Part shown: positions 1-11,500 of the stretch, one piece after another
Layout of the letters: each line of letters starts with the position of its first letter
How positions within the stretch are numbered: position 1 is the stretch's first letter
Origin: Eledone cirrhosa
Taxonomy: Eukaryota
Direction of reading: 5' to 3'
Assembly (NCBI GenBank): GCA_964016885.1
Contig: OZ024745.1
Span: forward strand, 111,228,001-111,292,000
DNA: 64,000 nucleotides
Translations under genes and position numbers: made by a program
The notes under the pieces: generated by a model
The model's database searches: none
The model's input: the letters and a program-made list of their open reading frames with translations, nothing else
Told to the model about the DNA's origin: nothing

Positions 1-107
1 TGGTAAAACAAACTTTTAGCTACGTTTGAGAAAGCATTTCTACTACTTAAATAAGCCTCCCTACTTCTTCCAGAATGTACGTAATCATTAATTATACTTC
101 TACATTC

Positions 108-617
108 ATAACCTTGTGCAGTCTGCAACTAACCCAGGATCTGCTGCACTTCGGGCTGAGGAGGGCAAACTCCCCAAGTATCAGTCGCTCTCCAACAGGT
201 TTGCGGTCGTGCCCCTGGCAGTGGAGACTTCTAGTGTCCTTGGCCCTAGGGCTACCTTCCTACTTACCACCATAGGGACTGAGCTGGCTAGCCTTACAAG
301 ATGGAATGGCTCTTCCAGCACATCTCCCTTACCATTCTCCGGGGAAACGCCTTCTCCTTTCTGTCCGCTGGGGCTGTGGGGCAGCTAGGACATGGGACCC
401 CATTTGCTTATAATACAGAGAGATGGGGAGGGCGAGAGAGACGGAGGCAATGGCAGTGGGAGTGTGGCTCCTCCGTGTTCAGACCTGGAGTGCAGCGTCA
501 GTTGTCCGTAGGGAGGCAGTGGTTTGTACTTAGCGAAGATTTTTAGAATCTTGTGTTTGCGATTCCTGTATGTATTATTATATTTGGGTTCAACATAATC
601 CTGTTACATAAATAAAT
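108..617 (+). mobile_element. 3' fragment of a CRE-clade (restriction-like endonuclease) non-LTR retrotransposon, frameshifted
   Basis: ORF 116-388 (AALRAEEGKLPKYQSL..FAVVPLAVETSSVLGP) and ORF 301-546 (EWLFQHISLTILRGNAFSFL) together match the CRE-type C-terminus AE.RK..KY..L...F.P.AVET.G..G...FLFQR.S...QRGNA. Followed by a 3' UTR ending TAAATAAA. Confidence 0.75.
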
Positions 618-1432
618 CTTGTTTTTCCCCTTCATACTTGACTTAAAGTTATTCATTTATCTCTTGTTCAGCTGCAAAATTTTAATATCCAAAAAAATAT
701 TTTTCAGAAATTAGAAATACACTAATACATGTGACTTAAACCTCAACCGATTTCAGCAAAACTAACAACAGCTGTGAGCAGCCTATATCAGCTAACTGGT
801 TAAACTTGCTGTGTCTTTTCTAGTTGTTGTTGATGTTGTTTTTTCTTGTATAAGTATGTTTAGTTGTTTTTGTATTTTTGTTGTTCTATTTTTGTTTGTT
901 TTTGCTCTGGATATGAGCCAGGGGGATTGATGTCCAAAACTCAATATTCGTATGCAGAGCTATTTTGTTATTGAGATTTGTAGTTTTTCAGAATTTTTGA
1001 CAAGTGGCTTCCTGTCAAATTATCAGGTTTCAATGTTGGTTGTGGTCAAAAACAACTGCAAGAGACCTTTATCAAGTATTTACTCACAAGCTGAGAATGA
1101 TTTAAAGTTATTCTAGTGAAAAACAGATGCACTTAAAAACACAAACATAGGAAATCATCAATTAGGAGTGACATGCTATTCAGTAGAAGTCTGAGATTGA
1201 TTGGACTATAAACTTTGGAAACTAATCCGTAGATTTCTTTTGTTTTTAATTTATCTTTTAATATCTTCTTTCAGTTCTGTATTTCCATGATATTCCTCAT
1301 TACACTTTAGATGATTGTAAAGTGTGAGACCAAAGACCTTCGTTTTGTTTTTTAACATCTCTCTATTTTACCCTTTGAAACTAACTTCACTCCATCATTC
1401 ATAAAATTTCATGTCAGTAGCTTGCAAACTGT

Positions 1433-1669
1433 TTAACCCTTTCGTCACCATATTTTTATCGGAAGACATTGCCTAGGACTTTCAAGTATTTTTGAAAATA
1501 ATCACAAATTTAAATAATGTTCTCATAATTAAACTGGTGCTTTGAACATAAACTAGCAAAGGTTCTTAGATAAAATTTTGATGGAAGATTTTTGGATAAA
1601 TATAAGCTCATTAAAATAAACAGTTTTGAATAAGAGTTGGCTTCAGTAGGTTGGTATCAAAGGGGTTAA
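1433..1669. mobile_element. piggyBac-type MITE, family B
   Basis: TTAA CCCTTTCGTCACC ... GGTATCAAAGGGG TTAA: TIRs start CCC and are flanked by TTAA. Related copy at 41385-41650. Confidence 0.65.
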
Positions 1670-2110
1670 AAATAGTTGCTCACAGTCTAAAAAAAAATAC
1701 TTAAGAAAATTATAGGACTAAATTAAGTGTATGTATGAAAGAATGTCTTATAACATTGATAAAATCTTGTTTATTTGCTAAAGTCAGTATTGTAATAAAT
1801 GTAATAATTATTTAAATGAATATATCAATTGTTAAAATCTCTGTAGCGGAGTGATAAACCATCAGAACAGAAATAACTTAATGCAAAATATATCGTCATT
1901 GGTGAATTCCTAGAATTAAAAACTGTGTTAATATCATCTATTAAATTTCACATAGGTAATTCAATTTTGGTCATTTTATGGAGGTTATAAGAAATGCTGG
2001 ACTTACCTATAAGCTAAATAATTATAGCTTAGGACCACACACACTCAGGGTCCTTATTTTTAAAAATATATTTTTATTTTATCATTAGTTATATTCTTTA
2101 AGACTAAACC

Positions 2111-2112
<2 letters not shown>

Positions 2113-2177
<65 letters not shown>
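2113..2177. repeat. (TA)n microsatellite
   Basis: Pure TA run. Confidence 0.98.
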
Positions 2178-2179
<2 letters not shown>

Positions 2180-2182
2180 ATA

Positions 2183-2351
2183 TGTGCTTGACAGCTGAGT
2201 ACTCAATACTGAAGTAGAGTTTTAATATTCATTTATTAAGGCTGAATAGTGAGTCTTGTTACTCTGGAGTTTTGCCTGTTTATCACAGAGTCATCAGACT
2301 GTCTGATGACTCTGTGATAAACAGGCAAAACTACAGAGTAACAAGACTCAC
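2183..2351. mobile_element. Penelope-like terminal-repeat remnant forming a 51-bp-arm palindrome with a decayed hammerhead core
   Basis: Arms 2249-2299 and 2301-2351 with one mismatch. Each reads CTGATGA-stem-(C)AAAAC..GTA. The minus-strand copy continues through AATAAA towards the (TA)n tract. Confidence 0.65.
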
Positions 2352-2662
2352 AATGTAAGAGATTTAACTAATTATTATGTAATAAATCAACAACCATACA
2401 TATGGAACATTATTTTTAGCATAATTGACTGCACCACATTAAATAGTAAAGTTATTAACCTAATATTACAAATGTTCACAATGATCTGTCACCAAGTAAA
2501 GATGCTATAAACATTTGAACTAACAAACTCAATTTTTAGATATTTTCTGCTAAATCATTGTAAGATGTTAAAATTTAATGAATAATAAAAACTATCGGTT
2601 TGAATATTTTTTCCTAACACTATCTAACATTCATAAAACAAAATGTTTGTGTAAGTTCTAAA

Positions 2663-2855
2663 TAATGTTTTCTGGTTTAGACACAAGGCCAACAATTTTG
2701 GGTGAAGGGAAAGTCAATTAAATTGGCCCTAGTGCATTACTGGTGCTTTATTTTATCAACCCAGAAAGGATGAAAGGCAAAGTAGACCTTGGCAGGAATT
2801 GAACTCACAACGTAAAAAGCCAGAATAAATGCTGCAAAGCATTTTCTCCAGCACT
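2663..2855 (-). mobile_element. tRNA-derived SINE family 1, diverged copy
   Basis: Contains the family core GGATGAAAGGCAAAGT..ACCTTGGCAGGAATTGAACTC. Confidence 0.8.
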
Positions 2856-2919
2856 CAATCCTCTGCCCCATAAGTTCTAAATAATAAAAGTCTTAACATA
2901 CAACTATCCAATCCAATCC

Positions 2920-3050
2920 AGGGCCATCTCACTCCTGTTGGAGGAACCCCTTCCTGGTGGACCTCCACCACTTTCTGTTTAGTTTTGGTCATGTCAGGAG
3001 TGTAGCCATACTTACCACACTTGGCCAGTTGCGGGTTGGTGAAGTTATTT
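2920..3050 (-). mobile_element. RTE LINE 3' fragment
   Basis: Similar to 57390-57460 (GTTGGAGGAACCC..CCTGGT.GACCTCCACCAC); the minus strand reads like an RTE ORF end. Confidence 0.45.
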
Positions 3051-3377
3051 AATCCATAGTTGGGGTGATGATTGTTGACTCTGAGGAGTTCATTCACCCT
3101 CTTATAGTGCTGCACAAAAAAACAAGAGCTTTTATACAACACAAAAGCTTTTTATACAACATGAATAGTCATTTTCTTCAAATAGTAGTATCGATGTATC
3201 AGTGCAGAAATAAGGACATAACCAAATAATTTAAACCAGATAACTTTACATTGAAGTAATTTTCCCTGTGGATTGCCTCATTAATCTAAACTATAATAAA
3301 GGAAGGTCTGCGGGACTGCGTACGGTTTTTTTTTTTTCATCCCACTAGTAAAATAAGTTGGATTACTTTGAATAAAT

Positions 3378-3563
3378 AATTGTTTCTACTTTTGGCACAA
3401 GGCCAGCAAATACCCAGTGCATTACTGGTACTTTATTTTATCGACCCCGTAAGGATGAAAGGCAAAGTTAACCTCGGCGGGATTTGAACTCAGAATGGCA
3501 AGGGCCGTAACTCTATGCGTCAAAGCATGGCGTCAGACCCTCTACCGATACTGCCGATCCACC
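3378..3563 (-). mobile_element. tRNA-derived SINE family 1, near full length
   Basis: Minus strand has A box CGGCAGTATCGG, B box GAGTTCAAATCC, central GCCTTTCATCCTTACGGGGTCGATAAAA and an (ATT)n tail. Confidence 0.9.
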
Positions 3564-3720
3564 ATGAATCCACTTTGAATAAATAATGAATGAATATTAC
3601 ATAATTTATCTACTAAATTTCGTAAACAAAAATAATTTCGTAAAAATAAATAATTTAAAATTGACTTCTTTTCAAAGTTGCACTTATGGTATATCGTTGT
3701 CACCACCACCACTTCAACTA

Positions 3721-4043
3721 CCATATATATAGAAAGAGAGAGTGTGTGATGTCAACACTTCCAGTGGCGATCACTTAAATAAACATACTAATTTTCTGTC
3801 ACTAATTTTCTCCTAATGCTGTTTATATATAATATCGTCTTTTTTTTAATGTATCATGGATTACGTTACTGATTACATAAGACAGTGTAACACCGTCTTC
3901 GTTCAATTTCTGTTTATATTGTCAATTATGGTTTTATTTGATGTATCATATCTACATGTATATATACTTGCGTATATATACATGTAGATATATACACTAC
4001 ACACGCTAGCAGAAAACCACCCGAAGGGTGGTTTTTCTGCTAG
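3721..4043 (+). mobile_element. possible non-autonomous Helitron
   Basis: Ends in a GC hairpin plus TTCTGCTAG|T like the Helitron end at 45336. The 5' end CCATATATATAGAAAG only resembles the TCTATATAT start. Confidence 0.4.
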
Positions 4044-4087
4044 TATAACTAATGAATGTCACATATATAACATCATCAAATTTTAAG

Positions 4088-4133
4088 ATAGTCATCATGT
4101 TCTTCCTATTATGTCATTTATATATGCATGTGC

Positions 4134-4191
<58 letters not shown>

Positions 4192-4237
4192 GCACATGCA
4201 TATATAAATGACATAATAGGAAGAACATGATGACTAT
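4088..4237. repeat. perfect palindrome centred on (TA)n
   Basis: ATAGTCATCATGTTCTTCCTATTATGTCATTTATATATGCATGTGCATGTG-(TA)n-exact reverse complement. Confidence 0.95.
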
Positions 4238-4325
4238 ATATACACACGTAAATTGACACTCACATACATACACATATATATGTACATACACACATATATA
4301 TGTATATATATATATTCACATACAT

Positions 4326-4375
<50 letters not shown>

Positions 4376-4405
4376 ATGTATGTGTGTATATATATACATA
4401 TATAC

Positions 4406-5011
4406 GTCAGGTCACCAGTCGGTGCTACTGGTAACATGTATCCCAGTACAACCTGTCTCATGGTCGGGTCGTTGGCGACGAAACTGTCAACCCCACCAAG
4501 GTTTCTTGGTGAGGAGGGTGACTTTGGACATCCTGCAGGACTAAAAACAAAACCTGTCAAAGGGCAAAGGTGCTCTTAAGAGTCAATGGCCATCCAAAAT
4601 CACCGGGAGAGATGACCCCTTAGCCTTTGTCAAGGCAGAATTCTAGGAGAAGGAAAGCTCTGATATAACACCTGCAACCCTGATGGTATCCAATGATGTT
4701 GACTTGTTCTTCTTTTTGGTAAATATCATCTTGGTTAAGAGAGTGGGACTGGCTTTGTGCAGTGCCTTTGCTCACTATAAAAGCTTCACGGCACAGGCAT
4801 TGCTTTATATCTGGAGATCTCTCTGCACTTGTCGTCACATGGTACCATGGGCCCAGCACTATGTGTCAATAATTGTCACAAGTGTAGTGTTTGTACCAGA
4901 GTTTTCAAGTCGCTGGTTGAACTAAAAGTTACACTTGTTCAGTGCATCGGTAGGGGTTCTCCTACTTGGATATAAAGTAGTGGCCGTACTCGAAAACGAG
5001 TTGGCAGCCAC
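4406..5011 (+). mobile_element. about 606-bp non-coding retroposon-like unit, copy 1 of a tandem pair
   Basis: Near-identical to 5158-5764 (offset 752) and flanked by (TA)/(TATG)n. Several hairpins; layout resembles RTE-type 5' UTRs. Confidence 0.6.
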
Positions 5012-5157
5012 TACTATATATGTATGTATGCATGTATGTATATATGTATGGTTATATGGTTGTATGTATGTATGTATGTATGTATGTAAGTATGTATACT
5101 TATATGTATGAATGTATATATGTATGTGTGTATGTATGTGTGTATGTATATATGTAT

Positions 5158-5764
5158 GTCAGGTCACCAGTTGGTGCTACTGGTAACATGTATCCCAGTA
5201 CAACCTGTCTCAAGGTCGGGTCGTTGGCGACTAAACTGGCAACCCCACCAAGGTTTCTTGGTGAGGTGGGTGACTTTGGACATCCTGCAGGACTAAAAAC
5301 AAAACCTGTCAAAGGGCAAAGGAGCTCTTAAGAGTCAATGGCCATCCAAAATCACCGGGAGAGATGACCCCTTAGCCTTTGTCAAGGCAGAATTCTAGGA
5401 GAAGGAAAACTCTGATATAACACCTGCAACCCTGATGGTATCCAATGATGTTGACTTGTTCTTCTTTTTGGTAAATATCATCTTGGTTAAGAGAGTGGGA
5501 CTGGCTTTGTGCAGTGCCTTTGCTCACTATAAAAGCTTCACGGCACAGGCATTGCTTTATATCTGGAGATCTCTCTGCACTTGTCGTCACATGGTACCAT
5601 GGGCCCAGCACTCTGTGCCAATAATTGTCACAAGTATAGTGTTTGTACCATAGTTTTCAAGTCGCTGGGTGGACTAAAAAGTCACACTCGTTCAGCGCAT
5701 CGGTAGGGGTTCTCCTACATGGATATAAAGTAGTGGCCGTACTCGAAAACGAGTTGGCAGCCAC
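5158..5764 (+). mobile_element. about 606-bp non-coding retroposon-like unit, copy 2
   Basis: Direct repeat of 4406-5011 with scattered substitutions. Confidence 0.6.
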
Positions 5765-6745
5765 CATATATGTGTGTATGTACATGTATATATGTGTATG
5801 TATGTGAGTGTCAATTTACGTGTGTATATCTATGTATATGTGTGTGTATGTGTGCATGTGTGCATGTGTGCATGTGTGCATGTGCATGAATCCTTTTGTG
5901 TAAGTGCGTTTGCATACACATATATACTGTCACACACAACAGAGAAGAGGAGAAGAGGAAAAGTATGATTCAGTAAAGTGAAATTGTCTCCCTTTACAGT
6001 TGCATAGTTCCTAATTTTGCCTCACGTCATTCTATTATCAATAGTAACTGATTGTAATATTCTGTTTAAAATGATAGTGCTTAATGTAATGGGACACTAT
6101 AGTCTTAATTTGGGCTTAATTTATATTCAAAGTATAAGGTCTGTTAGATATAATTCTACTACCTTAAATCAAGCTTAGAAAACGAGTCCTTTGGTGTATT
6201 GGAGCACTTGTTAAACAGAATAGCATAAAGTTATAAATGTTTTCACTGCATACAATTTCAAAGGTTCCAATGCAAATGATACATACTTAACAACTGGTAT
6301 TTGTAAATAAGTTTATCAGTAAAGATCCTGAGAAAAGACATTACAAATACGTTTATGGTTATTTTCCATACATTCTTCGTCCATTACTCTATATATTATA
6401 AATGTTGCCACTACTGGCATTTTCCTCAGAGTACTAGTAATTATATAGTTTTATTGTAGGTTCTGTGTTAGTTTTACAGCTTTTGCAATAATATTTACTG
6501 TTATAACATTTACAGAGTATGTTATATAGCTTTTAGTAGTTTGTTAGAGAACCCACCTCATCGTATATTTTATATATCTATGTGTACACATAATAAGCAT
6601 TGTATTAAACAACCTTGAAAAAAAAACTCTTTCAGTTCAATATTTAACTTAATAATACACAAAGTGAAAATTTAGCCATTAATTGCATAAAAATTATTAC
6701 ACAACAACAATAAGACAGTAAAGGTTGTATAAAAACAGGCTCTGT

Positions 6746-6974
6746 TTAACCCTTTAACATTTACATTACTCTCTATTTACTACTATATTTTCACAGTAAA
6801 GGCTTTACCTCACGTAATTATCTCACATGATATAGAATCTATGTGATATTGATATTATTTATTTTGAGAACAATAGTTTAGCATCAGTATGAGCAGCCGA
6901 TTACAGCCAGTTTGAACAGAAAGGGTTGAGAGAATTCTGGCCAGATATGGCCAGTTTAAATGCTAAAGGGTTAA
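6746..6974. mobile_element. piggyBac-type MITE, family A
   Basis: TTAA CCCTTTAACATTT ... AAATGCTAAAGGG TTAA, about 230 bp. Confidence 0.85.
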
Positions 6975-7094
6975 CTTAATGATTCTATTATTACAAAAGT
7001 TTTAGTAAAAAAATTTGGTTCCCAAATATTTGGTTGTATTTATTTTCAATATGCAGTTTCAAATTATAAGTATTTCTAATTTCTAGTTCTACAG

Positions 7095-7600
7095 AATGCC
7101 TCGCAAAGTTGCTGGTGATAAAGATGGAAGAGGGCATGTAGACTCCAGCATGAACAAATGACTAACCTTGCAATTTATTAATAGCCATTGGAAATACCAG
7201 AGTAGCAGGACAACATTGATATCTGTTTAACATGATGAAAATACGGATAACACTGAGTGTTAAATTTAATGTTAGGATGAATACCTTCTCTCATTTCTTA
7301 CGAGCAGTCAATATTTGTCCATGAAGGTAGAAATCACAATGAGATTTTATCAAAAACTCATTTCATTTAGCAGTCTTCTCTGCCGATAAAGATTGCTTAA
7401 AATCATAACAATCATACAAACCTTTATTTTCTAGATGTGTGGCAGCATTCCTGACAGTATTTAAAATGGCAACTGGATGGCATACTTTCTAGCTCTGCCC
7501 CCCCCCCCCCCCCCCCCCCCCCCATCCACCACCACCACCACTACCTCTCCAGTATGGTAAGGAGAGCCTTTCATTAGAAATATGGTAATGAAAAGGTTAA
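7095..7600 (+). pseudogene. possible highly decayed piggyBac transposase 3' remnant
   Basis: Stop-riddled coding-like stretch with a Cys-containing end, followed by a family-B-like TIR (ATATGGTAATGAAAAGG TTAA) at about 7580-7600. Confidence 0.25.
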
Positions 7601-8265
7601 TCTGATACACACAAGAGTATCAAAAAGCAATTGCTGGGTTACATCATGTTCTTAGAGCCCTTAAAAATCTGGTGAGAGTCATAGTTTTCACAAACTGATC
7701 AAGACGAAGCTATTATTTGCAATTTTTCTTTTGTTTGTAACGACCATCAACTTCCACCTGCCAGTGACAAATCACACACACACCAGGGAAAAAAAAAACA
7801 CTGTCAAATGTTCAAATCGAAACACAACTATTAATGAAATACTCATTTAACTAGATAAAATTCCACATTTATCCATTATGCCCCATCTTCCTTTTCATTA
7901 TTTCCCCTTAACAGCATTGATAACATGGTTCTACCTGATAAAATTTCAATGAGTTCTTTTGTACTTGTTTATTTGGTTTGTTCTAAATCTGTGATGTTAT
8001 CTTAATAATCTTGAATTTCATTTTCTCTCTATGTCTATCTTAATCACCAAATATTTTATTATCTTTTGTTGTGTTCAACAAGGATTTATCTCCAACCCCT
8101 TTTATCTTTCATTCATGTTCTTGAAGATCAGACAATAAAATTCAGAATTTTGAAGGAAAGTAAACTTGTTTGGGGGACAAACTGGATCGCATATCAGAAT
8201 CTATTATATTAAAACTTTTGTATATTTCGTGTAAAACATCAATCACATTGGAAAGGAAGATCATA

Positions 8266-8267
<2 letters not shown>

Positions 8268-8304
<37 letters not shown>

Positions 8305-8700
8305 GAGAGAAAAAGAGAGAGGAAATGTGTGTGTGTACCAGAGAGAGAAAGAGTGTGTGTGTGGGCAAGAAAGGAAGTGTGTGTGAAAGAGAGAGAGTGT
8401 GTGTGTGTGTGTGTGTGTGTGTATGAGAGGGAGAGAATGTGTGTGTGTGTCTGTGTGTGAGAAAGAGTGTGTGTGTGCGATTGAGAGAGATAGTGCATGT
8501 GTGAGAGAGAGAAAGGGAGTGTAAATGAGAGAGATGGAGATTGAGTGTGTGTGTATGAGAAAGGGGGAGAGTGAGTGAAAGAGAAAGAAGAAGAGAGAAT
8601 GTGTGTGTGAGAGAGAGATAGTGTGTGTGTGAGAGAGAGAGCAAGAGAGTGTGTGTGTTCATGTGAGAGAGAGAGAGAGTGAGTGTGTGTGGGAAAGAGA
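8268..8700. repeat. compound (GT)n/(GA)n microsatellite
   Basis: Direct inspection. Confidence 0.95.
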
Positions 8701-8958
8701 AAGCAGTGATAGTATCAGGAACACTGAAAATACTTAATACTTGGAAATTGTTTCTGATTCAATCACAACATTTTCACAAGACCAGCTAGACTAGACAGTA
8801 TAAAAATGTTTAAAGCCGTAATATATTAAGCACATTGAATTAGAGAACTAGATGATGTAAATTGTCAAGTTAACCCTTTAGCATTTAAACCAGCTATATC
8901 CAGCCAGAATTCTCTCACCTCCTTCTGTTCAAACCGACCATAACCAGCTGCTCATACT

Positions 8959-9126
8959 TCTTCTTTTCGTATCCACAAGAATGTCAGTTACAAAGCTTAG
9001 CTAGATGTGGTTTCACCACAGCTGAACACAGTGCTGTCCTTTTTCATTAAACTCTGCAATGTTAAAGTCTAATGCTGTGCAGGGGTGTTCGAGTAGGGGG
9101 CATATCGGGAGGTGCTGCATAGTCTG
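8959..9126 (-). mobile_element. 5'-truncated Vingi/Ingi-like LINE 3' end inserted in a MITE
   Basis: 10-bp TSD TGCTCATACT (8949-8958 and 9127-9136). Minus strand encodes QTMQHLPICPLLEHPCT (C-terminal zinc-knuckle half) and ends GGATACG AAAAGAAGAA. Confidence 0.65.
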
Positions 9127-9602
9127 TGCTCATACTGATGTTAAGGTATTGTTCTCAAAATAAATAATATGAAAATCTTGTAGATTCGATATTATGTGAG
9201 ATAATTATGTTAGGTAAAGTCTTTACCATGAAAATATAATAGTAAATATAGAGTAATGTAAATGCTAATAGGTTAACCCTTTAGCATTTAAACTGGCTGT
9301 ATCCCAGGCCAGAATTCTCTCATCTCTTTCTATTCAAACTGGCTGTAACTAGCTACTCATACTGATGTTAAGGTATTGTTCTCAAAATAAATAATGTCAA
9401 AATCTAATAGATAATTATGTTAGGTAAATTCTTTACCATGATAATATAATAGTAAATATAGAGTAATGTAAATGCTAAAGGGTTAACCCTTTAGCATTTA
9501 AACTGGCTGTATTCCCAGCCAGAATTCTTTCATCTCTTTCTATTCAAACTGGCTGTAACCAGCCACTCATACTGATGTTAAGGTACTGTTCTCAAAATAA
9601 AT

Positions 9603-9735
9603 AATTGTTTCTACTTTTGGCACAAGGCTAGCAATTTCCCAGTACATTACTGGTACTTTATTTTATCGACCCCGTAAGGATGAAAGGCAAAGTTAACCTC
9701 GGCGCGATTTGAACTCAGAATGGCAAGGGGCGTAA
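9603..9735 (-). mobile_element. 5'-truncated SINE family 1 inserted in a MITE
   Basis: SINE core interrupts the MITE at AAATAAT, which appears on both sides. Confidence 0.85.
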
Positions 9736-10194
9736 AATTAAATAATGTCAAAATCTCATAGATAATTATGTTAGGTAAAGCCTTTACCATGAAAATATAA
9801 TAGTTTATATAAAGTAATGTAAATGGTAAAGGGTTAAATCTGCAATACATTAAGAAGAAGAACATTGAATTAGAGAACTAGATGATGTAAATTGTCAAGT
9901 TAAAGGTATTTGTAGGTGTAACAGTTGTCAAGTCCCATTGGCATCAGTTTTGTGAAGTGGTGGTGGTGGTGGTGGGTGTAGGGTTTACATTTACTTTTCC
10001 CTGCTGGCATGTGTTGGTTTAGTCCTTTTGAGGCCAGAGGCACTTCCTGATGCCAAACTTCACTTATGTTTTGTTTTTTTATAAATAATGTACAGACCTC
10101 AACACATCAAACCACTGAGCAACAGGATCTCTGTTTATATGAAATTTAAACAATTATCACCACCTGCAATGTTGAATATGAAGAGAAAAAGGAA

Positions 10195-10895
10195 ACACAC
10201 ACACATATATACACACACACACACTTATACATACTCACACACATGTACATACATACACACATATACATACACACATACACACACACACACATATACATAC
10301 ACACATACACACACACACACATACATGTACATACACACATACATGTACACACACACACAAACATGTACATACACACACACATATATACACACACACATAT
10401 ACACACACATGTACATACACACACACATATACATACACATACACATGTACATACACACACACAAATACATACACACACACATACATACACACACATGTAA
10501 ATACACACACACATGTATGTACACACACACACACACACATCTACATACACACACACACACATATATGCACACACATATACACACACACACACATGTACAT
10601 ACTCACACATATGCACACAGATACATGCATACACACACACACAGACATGTACATACTCACACATATGTACACACATACATACATGCATGCACACACACAC
10701 ATACGTGCACACATGCAAGCATTTAAATGCTCACATACACACACACACACACTTGTATGCACATGCATGCATACACACACATGCACACATACACACACAC
10801 ATACATACATGCACACACGTACACACACACATGCATGCACATATATACACACATACGTACATACATACATACATACATATGTACATACATACATA
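10195..10895. repeat. compound (CA)n/(TACA)n microsatellite
   Basis: Direct inspection; source of the HT- and CV-rich ORFs. Confidence 0.97.
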
Positions 10896-10931
10896 CAAGG
10901 TGGTATCAAAACGTTCCCGGACTAGTTATGC

Positions 10932-11500
10932 TTAACCCTTTAGCATTTAAACCGACCATATCCAGCCAGAGTTCTCTCTCACCTCTTTCTGTTCAAACCG
11001 ACTATAACTGGCCACTCCTACTGATGTTAAGGTATTGTTCTCAAAATAAATATGAAAATCTCATAAATTCGATATTATGTGAGATTATTGTGTGAGATAA
11101 AGCCTTTACCATGAAAATACAATAGTAAATATAGAGTAATGTAAATGTTATATGAGATATTATGTAAGGTAAAGCCTTTACCGTGAAAATACAATAGTAA
11201 ATATAGAGTAATGTAAATGTGATGTGAGATATGTGAGATAAAGCCTTTACTGTGAAAATACAATAGTAAATATAGAGTAATGTAAATGTTATGTGAGATA
11301 TGTGAGATAAAGCCTTTACCATGAAAATACAATAGTAAATATAGAGTAATGTAAATGTTATATGAGATATTATGTAAGGTAAAGCCTTTACCGTGAAAAT
11401 ACAATAGTAAATATAGAGTAATGTAAATGTGATGTGAGATATGTGAGATAAAGCCTTTACCGTGAAAATACAATAGTAAATATAGAGTAATGTAAATGCT
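10932..11500. mobile_element. family A MITE whose subterminal segment is amplified into a minisatellite
   Basis: Left TIR intact. About 7 units of about 60 bp (TAAAGCCTTTACC.TGAAAATACAATAGTAAATATAGAGTAATGTAAATG..) span 11095-11499. Right TIR truncated. Confidence 0.85.

Larger units (their letters stand above)
8870..9837. mobile_element. three head-to-tail family A MITEs sharing TTAA junctions
   Basis: Units 8870-9276, 9273-9486 and 9483-9837. Junctions read GG TTAA CCC. Confidence 0.85.

Noticed and set aside
4006-4043. Rho-independent terminator-like hairpin
   Set aside because: Eukaryotic context; better explained as a Helitron-type 3' end or fold-back.
4620-5653. Duplicated 72-80-aa ORFs
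   Set aside because: Conservation only reflects the recent tandem duplication; no protein motifs.
10088-10935. Cluster of HT- and CV-rich ORFs
   Set aside because: Translations of a (CA)n compound microsatellite.
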